Part shown: positions 15,000-29,377 of the stretch, piece by piece
How positions within the stretch are numbered: the first letter of the stretch is position 1
Layout of the letters: each line of letters starts with the position of its first letter
NCBI RefSeq assembly: GCF_009914755.1
Contig: NC_060928.1
Length of the DNA stretch: 64,000 nucleotides
Source: the human T2T-CHM13v2.0 reference genome, Homo sapiens
Reading direction: 5' to 3' (one strand)
Translations under genes and position numbers: made by a program
The notes under the pieces: model-generated
What the model was told of the DNA's origin: nothing
Databases searched by the model: none
What the model saw: the letters and a program-made list of their open reading frames with translations, nothing else

Positions 15000-15590
15000 G
15001 TTGTGCTGTTAATGATTAAGACCACAGACTCTAAAACCAGACTGCCTGGGTTCATCTGCTGAGCTGCCATTTACTAGTCCTGTGACCTTATACAAGCTAC
15101 TTAGCCTTTGTATGCCTCTAGATACTCACCTACAAAATGGAGGTAACAGCACCTACTTTAGAGATTGTTGTGGAAAATACAAGTTGAGCACCCCAATCCA
15201 CAATCCAAAATACTCCAAAATCTGAAAATTTTTGAGCACCAACATGACAAAAGTGGAAAATTCCATCTCTGACACCTTTGCTTTCTGATGGCTCAATGTA
15301 CACAAATTGTTTCATGCACAAAATTATGTAAAATATTGTATACAGTTACCTCCAGGCTATACATATAAGGTATATTTGAAACATAAATGAATTTCATGTT
15401 TAGAATTGAGTCCCATCCCCAAGGTACCTCATTCAAATATTCAAATATTCCAAAATCTGAAGGAATCCAAAATCAAAAACACTTCTGGCCCCAAGCATTT
15501 CATACAAGGGATACACAACCTATAAATAATTTAATACTTGTAAATAATTAGGACATTGCCTGTCACATAGTGATTGCACAAATATTAGCT
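15000..15590 (+). mobile_element. MIR split by a Tigger4/MER46 insertion
   Basis: MIR core (cagactgcctgggttc...tgtgacctt...caaaatggagg) up to ~15177; resumes ~15525 (tgtaaa...tgcctgtcacatagt...aaatattagcta). Confidence 0.7.
15180..15522 (+). mobile_element. Tigger4b/MER46-type DNA element
   Basis: TA-flanked; caagttgagcacccc...ctccaaaatctgaaa...gggatacacaacct imperfect TIRs. Confidence 0.8.
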
Positions 15591-15937
15591 AAATTCTCTC
15601 TCCATACATAGACTCCCTGGGCTTACCAGAGTAAACATCACTAAGTCCTCAAACTAGTTATGCTCAGTAAGCTATAGCAGACACAGTAGGCAGAGAAATA
15701 ACAATATTGTCCTTACAGACTTCAAAACAAAATTCCTGAAACCATGAAACTAGATTCAAGTTTTATTTCTACTTCTAATTTCCAGAATGTTGGGAAATTA
15801 CTTTTCTGGGTTTACCTTTCTCTGACATGAGTACCACAAAACCTGTCATCAGTAAAGATTAGACAATAAGCTAAATCCCTGGGAGCAGCTAGACCACGAA
15901 GTACTTCAAAGATTTGTACAGAGAATGTAAGACTTAC

Positions 15938-16167
15938 TGTTCAGAGTCATAGTAGTCCATACGCTTCTTTTTCTTGTTGTAAGCTGCAACTCGAAAGGGA
16001 ACTATTTCCAAAGTGATTAAACCAGGGGCCATCGTCAGCACTTTGGCACCATGACTTGGCTCATAAAGATCCTTCCCTGTTTCTGGATGAGGCATGCCAG
16101 CAGGGTCTCGTCCAACAATGTAAAAGTTGGCTCCTGCAACCATCCGTGCTCTGCAATGCCACTGGAC
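15938..16167 (-). CDS. PAPSS1: PAPSS1 exon 11 (230 nt)
   Basis: ttctag|GTC CAG TGG CAT...TCT GAA CA|gtaagt; [28 protein letters not shown]...[11 protein letters not shown] (ORF 15934..16143). GRDPAG motif. Phase 0/2. Terminal exon not found in the window. Confidence 0.98.
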
Positions 16168-16499
16168 CTAGAATAAAAGTTTCATTTTAGGTAACTTTGC
16201 TTTTATGACTATGTACTTAGAAATAGTAAGTGGATAATAAATGCATATGCTTTTTATAAAATCATTATCGGTAGGAAATCTCAACAAATTTAGATGTATC
16301 ATCCTGGGAAGCCAGAAACAAAACTAACAAAAAACAAAAACCTCCCCCAAACCAAAAGATTAAAAGCATATATCCACAAATATTTATGGATATATATGTA
16401 TATATATTTATGTATTACTTATAAGATATATGTAAACATACATGTGTCTAGATGTTTGATTTTACACAACTACCAGATGCCATTTACACAGCTCAAAAT

Positions 16500-16712
16500 C
16501 TAATATATGAGGTTAGAAGTCAGGATAATGGCTGATCCCTGGAGGGAGGCAACTGCAAGGAGCTTCTGGAATCATGGTAATGCTCTGTTTCTTGATCCAG
16601 TATCTGGGTGCTGGTAATTAGGGTGTGCTCACTGTAAAAGTTCATTGAGATATATACACACTTATAATTTATGAACTTTTCTGTATATTATACTTTAACA
16701 GGTTAAAAAAAA
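16500..16712 (+). mobile_element. Old L1ME 3' end fragment
   Basis: gttagaagtcaggata...ggtaatgctctgtttcttgat...ctgggtgctggt...ttttctgtatattatacttt. Confidence 0.6.
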
Positions 16713-17549
16713 AACCCTGTTGGATAAAAATGACATGTAGGTACTTACATAAACTAGTACTGAGAAAATCGTATAACTAATATATAACTAATCTTATAAC
16801 ATATGCCTAATACTAGTTAAAAAAAAAAAGATTGGTTGTGAGTAAACGGCCATGCTGCATCCAAAACTAGCCTTGAAGCCTCTAGTTTCAGGCCTAGTAA
16901 GACCTATTATTAAAAAACAAAAATTAGTCTAATACCTAGAATAATGAAACTTTAGAATTTAAAGTGACAGTAAAAGATCATCTCTAGTTCAACATTCTCC
17001 ATAAAATTTGAAGAAAGTGAAGCCCCCGAAAGGTTAAATGACTGGCCAATAAAGTTTAGGATAAACTCAGGCCTAGAAATTTGGTTTTAGCTTCCTTTCA
17101 GTGTAAGTCTCCATTATTTAATAATTTATAAAACCATCACTGTTCCATATTAAAATAAGGTATAAATGATAACCACTACACATAAATAACCAAATCATCT
17201 TTTATTGTTTTGTTTTCATTTTCTCTCTCCTGGTAATCTCCTGCATACCAGGTACTTATCTATTTACCAACATAGTTTAGAAAGTGCAATAGTAAGAGTG
17301 CAATTCCATACCTCACACTTGAATTGTTCACCCTGAGGGGTTTCAACTTTTTAAGTTGTTTCTACTGATGTTTGCCTGCATGTTTTCAAACAGCATGCTT
17401 ACACTTTGTTATGACTGTTTAATTTTACATAGTATATAACATAGACCTTATTTCCACATCACTTAGACTTCCTACCATATTCGAGTATTTAATGAGGTTC
17501 TTATTCCCCAACAGGTACAGTGATATCAACATTTTTGATGAAATCAATA

Positions 17550-17685
17550 TTCATCTGTAAAGTGAGGATTATAATAGTATTTATCTCATAGAAGTTTTAA
17601 GAAAATTAATAAATGAAACATGTGAGGTCTTAGAATAATACCTGGCACACAGTAAATATACAAGAAATATTAGCCACTATTATCT
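17550..17685 (+). mobile_element. MIR fragment
   Basis: tcatctgtaaagtgaggatt...cctggcacacagtaaat...aaatattagccactattat. Confidence 0.7.
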
Positions 17686-17944
17686 CTATTTTAATCCCCT
17701 TTTTGCACAACTGTTTTTCCTAGAGTTAATGATTACCTTGATTTTTTTCCACTTGCATAGCTTTGCCAGGTTTCTGTGTACCTTGCTCTAACCTGCTTCA
17801 TGACCACACAGTTTAACATAATAATAAAACTGTGTGTGTATGTGTGTAAAGATAAGGGAAAAAATACAAAATTCAGGACAGAGATTATCTGGGGTGGGGA
17901 GTGGTGGATGATGGAAATGGCAGCGTAAAAAGAATGGGATTGGT

Positions 17945-18622
<678 letters not shown>

Positions 18623-19105
18623 ATTAAATAGTTTTTAAAAATAACAAATACATACATAATCAAGATTAAGAAGAGCAATTAATTCAGGGGCTAATGACAA
18701 GGCATCACGTACCACAGATAATGATTAATCCAATTCTGTGCATCTGAGGTTCATGCAAGACATTTTTAGGAAGTAATATTAATTTACATTCCCACCATGT
18801 TTTACTTTTTCCAAGTAAATGGTGGATCATTTTATTAAGGTTCAAATTTACCAACAAAATTAACAAGATATGTTATCTACACATCATTTAAAATAAACCC
18901 AAAGAAATACATTTCTTAAAATGTAGCTCATATTTTACCTAATTTGGTTCATAGGGTTCCTAACTCACATTGCTTAAATGTATTCCAAAGTATATGAACC
19001 ATAAGATTTTGTATACATTACACAAGTTGGAAAAAAAATTAAAAGATGTCTAAATTTTGCAAAAAATATTCACAAGATCTAAAATTTCTACAATATTCTA
19101 GACAT

Positions 19106-19404
19106 TTTTTTTTTTTTTTTTTTTGAGATGGAGTCTCGCTGTGTCGCCCAGGCTGGAGTGCAGTGACGATCTCGGCTCAGTGCAAGCTCCGCCTCCTGGG
19201 TTCACACCATTCTCCTGCCTCAGTCTCCCGAGTAGCTGGGACTACAGGCGCCCACCACCATGCCCAGCTAATTTTTTTGTATTTTTAGTAGAGACGGGGT
19301 TTTACCGTGTTAGCCAGGATGGTCTCGATCTCCTGACCTTGTGATCCGCCCGCCTTGGCCTCCCAAAGTGCCAGGATTACAGGCGTGAGCCACCGCGCTT
19401 GGCC
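19106..19404 (-). mobile_element. AluY, full length
   Basis: Y diagnostics; TSD TATTCTAGACAT at 19094-19105 and 19405-19416. Confidence 0.95.
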
Positions 19405-22400
19405 TATTCTAGACATATTTTTAAAGTTTTTTCTAAAATGTTTTATTTTTCCTTATTTTTTATATTCTATTAGCCTTGACTAAAACATGAATACACTTTT
19501 TTAGATAGACTTCATCAATTTCCAGTTCCCTGACCAAAGAAACCTACTGTTTGAAAAAGACAAGTTCCCTAAAGATGACTGCTAAAAACAAAAAGTGAGA
19601 GAAAAAACTCGAGGGAAAAAAATCTTAACTTTTATACTGTATTTTATTCCCAAGCATTAATATGGTATACATTTGCTGATCTTTTTTCACTAGGGTACAG
19701 CTTAAAATAAACTAAAAGAATTAAAGAGAAAAATATTTCCACAAATATGATTCTTTTTGTCATCAACAAAGCCAAGAAGATGCTCATCCAACATGTCAAT
19801 TCAATGACCTCTGCATTTAAACGCAGGCCAATAATTAAAGGAAATAGGTGGAGCAAATAAGGACTGCTTTCCTCTACATACTTCCAATCTCCTACAAACT
19901 GTTTTTATGATAAAGTGAGGCAATTATAGGAAACAAAAAGGAGAAAAAATAGGATGTGACCAGTGAGTTAACATTTTAAAAATAAAACCACTTAAAAAAT
20001 AAATAAATAAATAAATAAAACCACTAACATAAATTTATATGCTGGTAATAGCCTTACAGAAAGAATAATCTACATGCTGGGACCATGAAACTAAAAAATT
20101 ATGTAATAAACATTACTTTATAAGACTTTAAAATATTCTTATCACCCGAAATAGCACAACAGTTGCATTTTCTGGAAGCTGTGGTGTTTCATGGACTTGG
20201 TGACATAGGTACACAGAGACCCCTGGCTTAGTAAGTGTGCTTCTCTGTTTATCTTGTCAGTCACAAACTTTCAAGCTTCCAGTATTTCAAAGTCAGTGAC
20301 AAAGCAGGCATGTGAGTGCACAGTGATTACCTTTTTAAACAGTATTATACTACTTTGCTCTGCTTATGTGAAAGAAAACTGGGTATAAGATATCCGAAAG
20401 TCAAGATTTTGATAACATGTCAAACAACCCAAGCAATTTCAATTCCAGAAATATTGTGAGGCAAATATGCAAAAAAGGTTCATTTCAGGATTCATTACGG
20501 GTTGTCAAAAGACAGAAACTAACTCAAAGATCCTTCAATTGGGTGTTGTTATTGAATTAAATTCCTAAACAGCAGGGAACTGTGCCATCATTTAAAAAAA
20601 GATCAATATTTAAATTAACATAAGAAGGTATTTATAATATAGGAAGGTTAAGAAGCAGTTTTACGATACAAAATACATAATAGAAATGTTGGGGAGAAAC
20701 GAAACAAACGTTCTAGGCCTTGATCTCTAACACAATCATCATGCCCTAGAGAATCTGATTTTGGAAAATCACTCGTTGAATTCGCTTACTAGTGAAACGA
20801 CAGCAGAAGCGTGCAACTCAAGGAAGACGAGGAATGAGAGTGATGGGAAGTATGAATTCTAAGAAATCAAAGGGGGTAACACTCTGGAGTGTAAGGCAGG
20901 GCTTAACACTCCGGAAACAGAATAATGGAATCCCTAGTGTACACCTGATTCACTGTGTGGTACAAAATTTCCACACTGCCTTGTTCGAGAAAATGAAAAA
21001 GCAGGGGAGGACAGGAGGACCAAATTCAAATAAATAATACTTAGGTTCCATAATTATCTCATTTCACCATTAGACAGGGTTTCAGAATTGTCTTATCAAA
21101 ATGGAAGGCAGAACATGGGCTACTAAAAATAAATAACTGTAATTAAAATAAACAGATTATTTGTTTCAAAATTTCCTTCCCAAAGACATTTGTGGAGCTA
21201 AGGTTTACTCAAATTTTTACTTAATCTCCATAGTGTGAGTCAAACAAGTAAGAATTAGTTAAGTTTACTATCTAATAGTGAGAATAGGAAAGTAGTTTCT
21301 GATCCAAATTATAGCCAATGCTTTAAAAAAATTTATCTATGAAAATTTTAGTTCTATAATGGTTTCTCCTTGCCATCCATCATAGGTTAAGATACCACAT
21401 GACTAATAAGTCAATGATCGCTGATGGATAAGAACCTCAGTTACTTACCTCCACACACATTTATAATATAAAATCCTTCAGAGTTAGAATTGTTCTAGAT
21501 TCATCCCAATATGGCATGTTATTGAGAAGAGTTTCTTAACCTTTTAATTCATGCCCCTTTTTATAAACCTGAAAATCTCATTTGTTCCAAATCCATTTGA
21601 AAATACTGTCTATCACTTATCTCCCCACTTCCAAACCTGGCAAAGACTTCGGTAAATTTTATTTTCATTAGTTTCTAAAACAAAAACAAATTAAAAACCT
21701 ACTTTTCAAATTTAATTACATTATAAAATTATAAAATGGACTATACTGCTTACATATAATACCACTACCACTAAACCATTCTCTCCCCACACCTGACGGT
21801 TGAGAAATTTCACTGTTCCAGAAATCTGGCAGATTAGATATATGATATTTTCAATTTTTCTGAATTAAAAATACTGAGAATAATGAATTGAACAATTAAA
21901 ATTTAAGTCCCACTTAAGTGGCTTATTTCTTTATATCTTCACACCAAAATCTGCATTTATTTAAGTGTAATAAATTTTATTAAAGTCAATATTCTATAAG
22001 GCCAACTTTATATTCTCAAAGTGTTTATAAAAGAACATCAGGCACAGAAACTATTTTTTTAGTAAATGTTTGAATATTATTTTCTAGACTGTCAAAAACA
22101 TTGGTTGTGTTAATGCTATAAAAATTCTTTAGGAAGTCAAGTGCATTACCTAATTTTGCTGTGTAAAAAATCTATACCTTAATTAATCTCATGAGTTCCA
22201 TATTAAAATATCCCTAATCTTAGTTGTACATTATCTAGCATTAATATGTTTTCTTGAAATTCCCAAATCATAGTGGCCTGCCTCTTGATTTTCCAGAGAT
22301 AGGAATTATTTTAAACTCTTCAAGCTGACTGGAACAATCTACACAGGCAAGTGAAAGGTGAGGCTCATCCTCCCATCATACAGATTCCTGATACTGTGGC

Positions 22401-23069
22401 TTTTGGTCTTCTTTGTATTAATAAAACTGATATTCTAAGTGTTTCAATTAAGTTCTATTACTCTGTACTGGTACTGAACAGTAGTCTCATGAGAGTCACA
22501 TTTCTAGTTTGCAATGCAAAAATTATGAAATATACTTGGACATTTCATTCTTCATCTTGTAGGAAAGAATTAAACATACCTTACAAAAACTCTCATACAA
22601 TTTTAAGAGCTGAAAGGCAGTCTACATCATGGAGTCTGAATTCTTCATTTCGTATATGAGGCCCAATACAAGATACACAGAATTTCCCCAAAATTTCCTT
22701 TAAGGATAATCTCTCAATCTCCAAAAAGATATACCTCAAATGTAAGAGCTGCATTTTTTTCAGAACAACCAGCAACCAAACTAATTTTATTCTTGGAAGT
22801 GACCTTGCCCTGGCTGACCCCAGACCCCTAGTCAGGTGAGAACAGTATCAGCCCTCCCAGAGTGGGGGCTCAGAGTGGAGACAACAAGCCTGGAAATGCT
22901 CAGCCTCCACCTCCTCTTCCTGCCTCCCAAACCCAGGGACCCTCAAGAGGCTCTCTGCCCTCCCACTGATTATTATTCTAAGAAAACAGAGGAAGGCAAC
23001 CATGGTGATAAAGCACTGGAAAGTATTTCATGAGGTCCTTCAACAGGGTGAGAAGAAGAAATTAAAATA

Positions 23070-23285
23070 GGTAACACTTACCAAGCTCTTCCTAATATAC
23101 CAGTCACTGTACAAAATGTTTTATAAATATTATTTAATGTTTACAGCAAATCAATAAGATAGTTATTATTCCTGTTTTACAAATAAGAAAACAGGGACTT
23201 GGAGAATTCAAATAACATATCCTAGCTGCAAAATGAACTAGTGAAGGATCAAGTCTTTGGACCTGGGTCTGTGTGACCCCAAAAC
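23070..23285 (-). mobile_element. MIR
   Basis: ttattattcctgttttacaaataagaaaacaggg...tttggacctgggtctgtgtgaccccaaaaccc. Confidence 0.65.
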
Positions 23286-23656
23286 CCACACATTCCTATT
23301 CATACTGAGCTACTGACGCTGTGTCAAGGACATTTAGGGAGGAAACTGTATAGATTACCTAGCTGGGAAATCAGGAAAACCTGAAAAATCAGACTAACAG
23401 ACAAATCTGAATTTGATACTGCTTTAGTAAGAAACAAGCAAGAACAAATTCTGAACTGAAACTCTATTAAGAGAAAAAAAATGACATTTTTTCCCTATGA
23501 AAAGCAACCTATAAACACCTGCAAAATCTGATGCTTCCTAATGAAATAAGTTCAGTTTTCAAGACATATATAAGCTAAAAGTATATAAAACAGACTACAG
23601 GGATCCCCAAAATTACTTTCAAAGTAAATCAACACACTCTAAATACATTTGTGGTA

Positions 23657-23905
23657 CAGGTCCACAATTGCTTATCTAAAATTCTGAAATCTAAAACTCA
23701 GTTTTGTAACTCACTTGGTAGCAAAACCTGATCAAAACTGAGGAAGTTTCTACCAGCCTTTTTGCCGATCCTATTTGTGAGAAAAATCATTTACTTTGCT
23801 ACAGGAATATTAATGTGCTTTAATATGGGGGTACCATCCCAGACCCATCAGGAGAAATAAGTAATACATAATCCTAAGGATTTTGGAAAAGAGACTGTGA
23901 ACTGT
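23657..23905 (+). mobile_element. MER46C-like Tigger derivative
   Basis: ta-caggtccacaattgcttatc start; aaggattttggaaaagagactgtgaactg end. Confidence 0.6.
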
Positions 23906-25362
23906 GTCATACTACTCAATAAACTTTGGAACAAGATAAATGAGAAGACAAAATTATCAAAGACCCCCAAAGAGAGTCAAAGGTACAAGTAAAACTTAGG
24001 TGTCTATGGCTTGTATAATTAGACTCAGATCTCAAGAAGTAACATCAGTTGCTAGAGCTCTTGGAAGTGTGTAGAGGGAAGAACAAGTTTATATCCTAAC
24101 AGACACCCTACTCACTGCTCCAGATACTGGTGTAAAGCACAGACTAATTAAACAAGCACACTGGCATCCATGTCATAGTATGTTCTACTGTCCCTGGTGA
24201 AGGGTATCCACTCGCTTACACAGAATCAGTTTCTCTTAAAGAGTCAATTAACAGTGCATGGGTAATTTTCATAGCAAAGGATAATCTCTACCTCCAACTG
24301 CATTTTCCCCCAAATTCAACTGATAATCCTCATTAAAACTTCATAAACCGAGGGTATAGCTGTTAGTAACATATATCCACATTCTCAAAAACATCTTACC
24401 TTTGACACTTTCACGTCACAGGTCTTAGCATTATTTATCCTTCACAAAAATAGATTCAGTATTTAGTGAGATGAGACAAATAGAATTTCCTACATAGTCA
24501 ATTAATACCTCACAAAGACAAAATGTGTATCTATAACACCATTTTAGCATTAGAAAGTTAACACTCCCTTCACATCCTCGCCTCCTCCATTCCTGAAATG
24601 GAATTTAGGATTCAAGCCATAAAATCTTTATAGACTATAAAATCAGGAACATCCTGTTGATAACCAAATAGGCTTAACAGCTGCCCATGGTTCTGAAAAG
24701 CATTTGTGCTAAGGAAACAAATCTGGTACCAATGCCTTCTAAATGACCTACAGAAAATGATTAAAGGAAGAGTCGTTGTTTTTATTTTATTATTATTAGT
24801 TGGCAAATAAGCATTACTGACAGACTTTTTCCTGATGTCACTGGAAAAGCTACAAAAATGAGAGGGTTTTTTTTTATTACAAAAAAATTCTTCACTTATG
24901 GCTGCAAATAAGTCAAACAAGTCAAACACACAAGTTAGGTCCTCGAGAAAGATACTTTTCCTAAGCAGCTCAATCCAACAGCCTAAATACTGTCAGGCCA
25001 AAAACATTAAAACACTTCATGGTCTGAAATATTAAGATGTTTACTAGAATTTCCAAAGCTTATTCTTTACAAGTTCAGAAGTTAAAAAACCGCCTTTTGC
25101 TCAGGCATCAGAGCTGGGCCTTCCTGAAAAGAACCACATCTCTTACGCTCACAATTCACACTCCAGACAGAGATGTAGAGGCAGACACAGCTTTAACGTG
25201 CCTCTTAGTCTCCCTAGAAAACCTGGGAGCTCTGCAGGCACCCAGAACAACTAACTTCTTGGCCTTCCCTCCAAATGCCAAAGCACAAAGCTACTTTGAG
25301 GCTTCTTGGCAGCAAGGAGCCCTAGAAGGAAAAAAAACAGGCCCAAGTTTCAGTCCCAGTTC

Positions 25363-25823
25363 TGTGTCTCTCCTAGACAGAACACTAACTAGTCAGGCTC
25401 CCCTGAGCCCTCTAAGCCTTGACCTTCAGTGTCCATCCTTACCAGGCCTGCATTGCCCAACTGTAGCAAAAATCTTGCTAAGTTTGTTTATTGAGAATCC
25501 TCTACTCTCAGTATCTGCTCACCCTCATTATCTGATCAAATTCCTTATCTTCCACCCACTTCCCAGGTATCTGATGATCCTGGCCTGCCTTCAGCAAGAA
25601 TCCAGTTTATCCCAGAATCCCCTACTTCCAATGTTTCCTCTCAGTAATTTTCCATCCACTTACCTCCACCCTGTCCTTTGCTATCAATCCCCACCTGTCC
25701 ATGCTATATTCAGAGTTGAGCCCAGTTCTATACTGAGGGCTTTATTCTCCTGTTGCAATATTTCCTGAATAAAGTTCTGTTTTTATTACTTTAATCACTG
25801 TACAGCTCTGGTCTTCTTTGACA
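25363..25823 (+). mobile_element. MER67/MER31-family ERV1 solo LTR
   Basis: tagtcaggctcccctgagccctc, gcctgccttcagcaagaatcc, agttgagcccagttctatactgagg, AATAAA, end ctttgaca. Confidence 0.75.
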
Positions 25824-26604
25824 GACTACAGTTAAGTCCCTTATCCTCTCTGAGCTTCAGTAATCTCACTGGTAAAACAAGAATAAAACCTTCCTCACCA
25901 AGTTGTGGGGTAACCTAACGCATGCATGCAAAGCAGCTATTCATTGAGTGACACATGCATAGGCACTCATAAAATAGGTACTTTCAATTTCTTTATATTA
26001 GCTTTATATTATATTAAACACCAAAGGATATCCCAAATCAGGGCTAGGACACACGCTCTGACATGAAGCCTGTTAGGCAGTAGGTCATACCAGGCTCCCT
26101 GCCATAATCAAACTCTAGGACTTCATAGACTTATGAAGCAGCCTAGAGATATAGACAGTTCCTTGGATGTGGGGCTAGAATCCTAGAAATGCAGAGAATT
26201 TGCAGCAAAGTAGTTTTTTAAAGGACACCAATTATATTAATTACCACATCTTGTCATGAGCCAGGCAATGTGTTAAATGATTTACATTGATCCTATTTTC
26301 TCCTCTCAACAATAGAAACATAGACAGATATTACCAATATCATGAGTCAGGTATTGTAAGAATACAAAGATTAAGAATACATATTATACAAAGAATATCA
26401 CAACCCACAACTCTAGGCTCTGATAAAAAAATAAGTTTATTTGGAGATTCCACCTCTAACGAATGTTGCCAGGGCCATCCTAACTCACTATTTTGGAACT
26501 CTTATAGGATATTATAAGAATTTATTTCTAGTATTTTAAAAAAGATGTGGCTACATATTTTTAAAAATATTTTAACGTTATATAATATTAAAAATTATGT
26601 GAAA

Positions 26605-26940
26605 TTATAGTACATAGCTCTGGAGCCAGATTACTTAGGTTCAGATTTTATCTCTACCATTTACTAATACTATGTGATCTTGAACACAGTTTAACCTCCC
26701 TACTTCAGGTTCCTCACCTGTGAACTGTGAATAACAATAGTACCTACCCTCTTAGTATTATAAGGATTAATCCTTATAACATAAGTTATAAAACCTAACA
26801 TAAAACTTACAACAAATAACTTATAACATAAGTTATACATTAACTAGCAATCTTTATAAGGATTTAGTTAACATATGTAAAGCATTCAGAATATTGTCTG
26901 AAAAATACAGTAAGAAATCAATAAAATATGGACTATTATA
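26605..26940 (+). mobile_element. MIR containing a ~96-bp patchwork insertion
   Basis: gctctggagccagatt...ttcctcacctgtga...atagtacctacc; resumes ~26865 (acatatgtaaagcattcagaata). Confidence 0.7.
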
Positions 26941-27079
26941 TTCTATTTCTCAATGCTTTATAACTACAACTCATTTACTAAGACTCCATTTCAGTGAAAC
27001 TGGTTCAATGAGGAGATTTTTTGAGGCTGGTTAAGAAATAGGAAAAGTATTACAGAGTGCTTGGCTAAGTAATCAGCAC

Positions 27080-28212
27080 TAAAGGACCAAAATGGCTAAA
27101 ATGAAAAGGACACTCAAGTACTGGTGAGGCAATACACTGCTGATGGGAGTGTAAAATGGTACAACCACATCAAAAAACTGACTGGTCGAATCTACTAATG
27201 CTCAACAAATACATATCCAAGGACCTAGCAATTCTCCTCCCTGGTATAGCCAACAGGAATGTCCACAAAAAGACATGCACTAAAACCTTCACGCCAGCGC
27301 TATTCTTAAGAGCAAAAATCTGTAAAGTGCCCAAACATCCATCAACAATATTGGGTAAAATCACACAGCGAAACACCACACAGCACCAAGAATGAACAAT
27401 CTGCCACTAATTACATAACAATAAAGGTGAGTTTCACAAGCACAATGTAAAGTGAAAGAAGCCAGACACGAAAGAGTATATGCGGTATGATCTGAATTAC
27501 AGAAATACTAAAAACCAGCTGGATTTAATGCTGTGATGCAATACTCAGGCCTCCTGCAAGAAGGGAGCGGGCTCTCCAGCAGCTGTCGCCCCGCTCAGAA
27601 ACTGCTTCTGTTGAAAGGAGCAGCAGCACCCAAAGGTATGCCCCCTCCCATGGGCAGCCAACCCCTGGAAACACGGAGGTATAATGCCTATTTCCCATGC
27701 AACTTTGGACATCTCTGAAGGGCCTTTCCAGAGCTCTCCATGGACTCAATTAAAGCCTCCACTGAGACTGAACTGTAGCTCGACCTCCCTCTCTATAGAA
27801 TCCTGCTCCCTTCCTTTCTCTTCCCTTCCAGAGGTGTTGATCCCAAGAGTTCTCCCTAAGAGACTTCCTGAACCGCACCTCACTCTCAGAGTCTGCTCTC
27901 AGGGTATCCAATCTTAAACACAAGCTAACTGGGCCTATGATGTTAATGTGAGGGTACCGATGACTCCTAGGGGGAGGACAAGTAGTGAATAGAAAGGGGC
28001 AAGAAGAAAAACTTCTGGGTGATGATAAAAAATTTTTTTTAATCTGGAAGCTGATTGTATGCCTCTGTTCCAATGGGAAAAATTCATTTACTTGCATCTA
28101 TGAAAGATGCACTTTTTCTTTTAATGCTTCTGTAACTCAAATAATATGTACTTTTTCATATATACTTTCTCATATATATATTATATTTCAATGTGAAGTT
28201 AAAAGAAAATAA
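27080..28212 (+). mobile_element. Old L1M 3' region interrupted by LTR16
   Basis: tgctgatgggagtgtaaaatggtacaaccac, ccagcgctattc, gaaagaagccagacac; resumes ~27925; boundaries approximate. Confidence 0.6.
27530..27920 (+). mobile_element. LTR16-family ERVL LTR
   Basis: gaggtgttgatcccaagag...cactctcagagtctgctctcagggtatccaatcttaaaca resembles the LTR16 3' end. Confidence 0.7.
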
Positions 28213-28479
28213 GACAAATTAGGAAACGATCAGAATGGGACAGAATCTTGAAGAACACTTAGTCCTACCTACACCACCTACTGTGCACTCAAACATAGTA
28301 TAGAGAGGTCTCAAGAAGTCTAATGTGAGATGGCAAACCAGCTGGTGGCAACCCAGAACCCAAACTGTGCCTGGACTCCTCGACAACCGTCTTGTATTAT
28401 TTCCACTAGACCATGCTCTTTCGGGTAGTGAGGAGAGTTGAATCTGAGGCCAGGGAAGGACTTGCTGCAGCTAGCATAT

Positions 28480-28730
28480 TGACACGGTTCAGGACACACT
28501 ACTCCAAAATATGGCACCTTGGCATTTGAGAAAACAGCAGAAGAAAGCAAGCCACTCTCACCTTCCCCTAAGGCAGTCATAAAACCTAGCAGATCTTCCC
28601 CTGAAGTAGGTCAAAAGACTCTCATTCCAGAGGTGCCCTCCCTATACCTAGAGGAAAGGAACGTGCCTATCTCTGAAAACACAAGGACACAGAGAAGAAT
28701 TTAAACAAACAGGCTTTGCCCAGCTCCCCT
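28480..28730 (+). mobile_element. MER39-like ERV1 LTR fragment
   Basis: ggttcaggacacactactccaaaatatggcaccttggcatttgagaaaacagcagaag. Confidence 0.7.
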
Positions 28731-29108
28731 CTTTAACAAAGACCTAGAACTCTGGTAACGGGACAAGATCAGTGTTGTTGTTGTGTCTGCAATGTGGCCA
28801 GCAGTTACAAGAGGAGCTTGTGGCATACCTTCCCAACCACACCCAGCCCTGTCTGCAGGGAACATCCCCTCCTTCACAACTGGGACCAAGACCCAGAAGA
28901 GCAAGTGAAACCTCTCCCCACCTTTCCTTTCTCAAGGCTGCCCCTAGCATCCAGGGAATATCCCTAACGAGCAGGAAAGAATGTCATGTATAACAAATGT
29001 TTGGAACAGGCCTACAGAGCACAGAAAAAGCAATCGGATGGTGACACTAGCTGTGTTAGTAAGAGTGGCTTTAACACTGCTGCAGTGAAAATCTTACAAG
29101 CAGTCTAC

Positions 29109-29377
29109 CTCAGTTGGTCCAGCATACATCATGGGAGATGGGAAGATGGCCACCACTGTCGTCTCAGGATTCAGAACTCCTTCCTCCAACACTGCAGCAT
29201 GCTGCTTCATACGCCACATCAAAGGAACATCGTCATCCTTTGTCCAGCCACCCAGAGGGTGGAGGAGGAGGACAGGGCGCCGGTAGCCCCTCTCTAGAAG
29301 TTGCTTATGGGTATCCTGCATTAACAGGGCATGTCCATTGTGCACTGGGTTGCGTAGTTGAAATGCAAAGACAGCAT
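29109..29377 (-). CDS. PAPSS1: PAPSS1 exon 10 (269 nt), catalytic HNGH motif
   Basis: ttcag|AT GCT GTC...ACT GAG|gtagac; [20 protein letters not shown]...[10 protein letters not shown] (ORF 29094..29411). HxGH nucleotidyltransferase motif. Phase 1/0. Confidence 0.98.

Noticed and set aside
25037-25768. 243-aa ORF on the + strand, the longest non-L1 ORF
   Set aside because: The 3' half lies in a MER67/MER31-type LTR; Leu/Pro/Ser-rich with no recognisable domain and antisense to PAPSS1; most likely chance.
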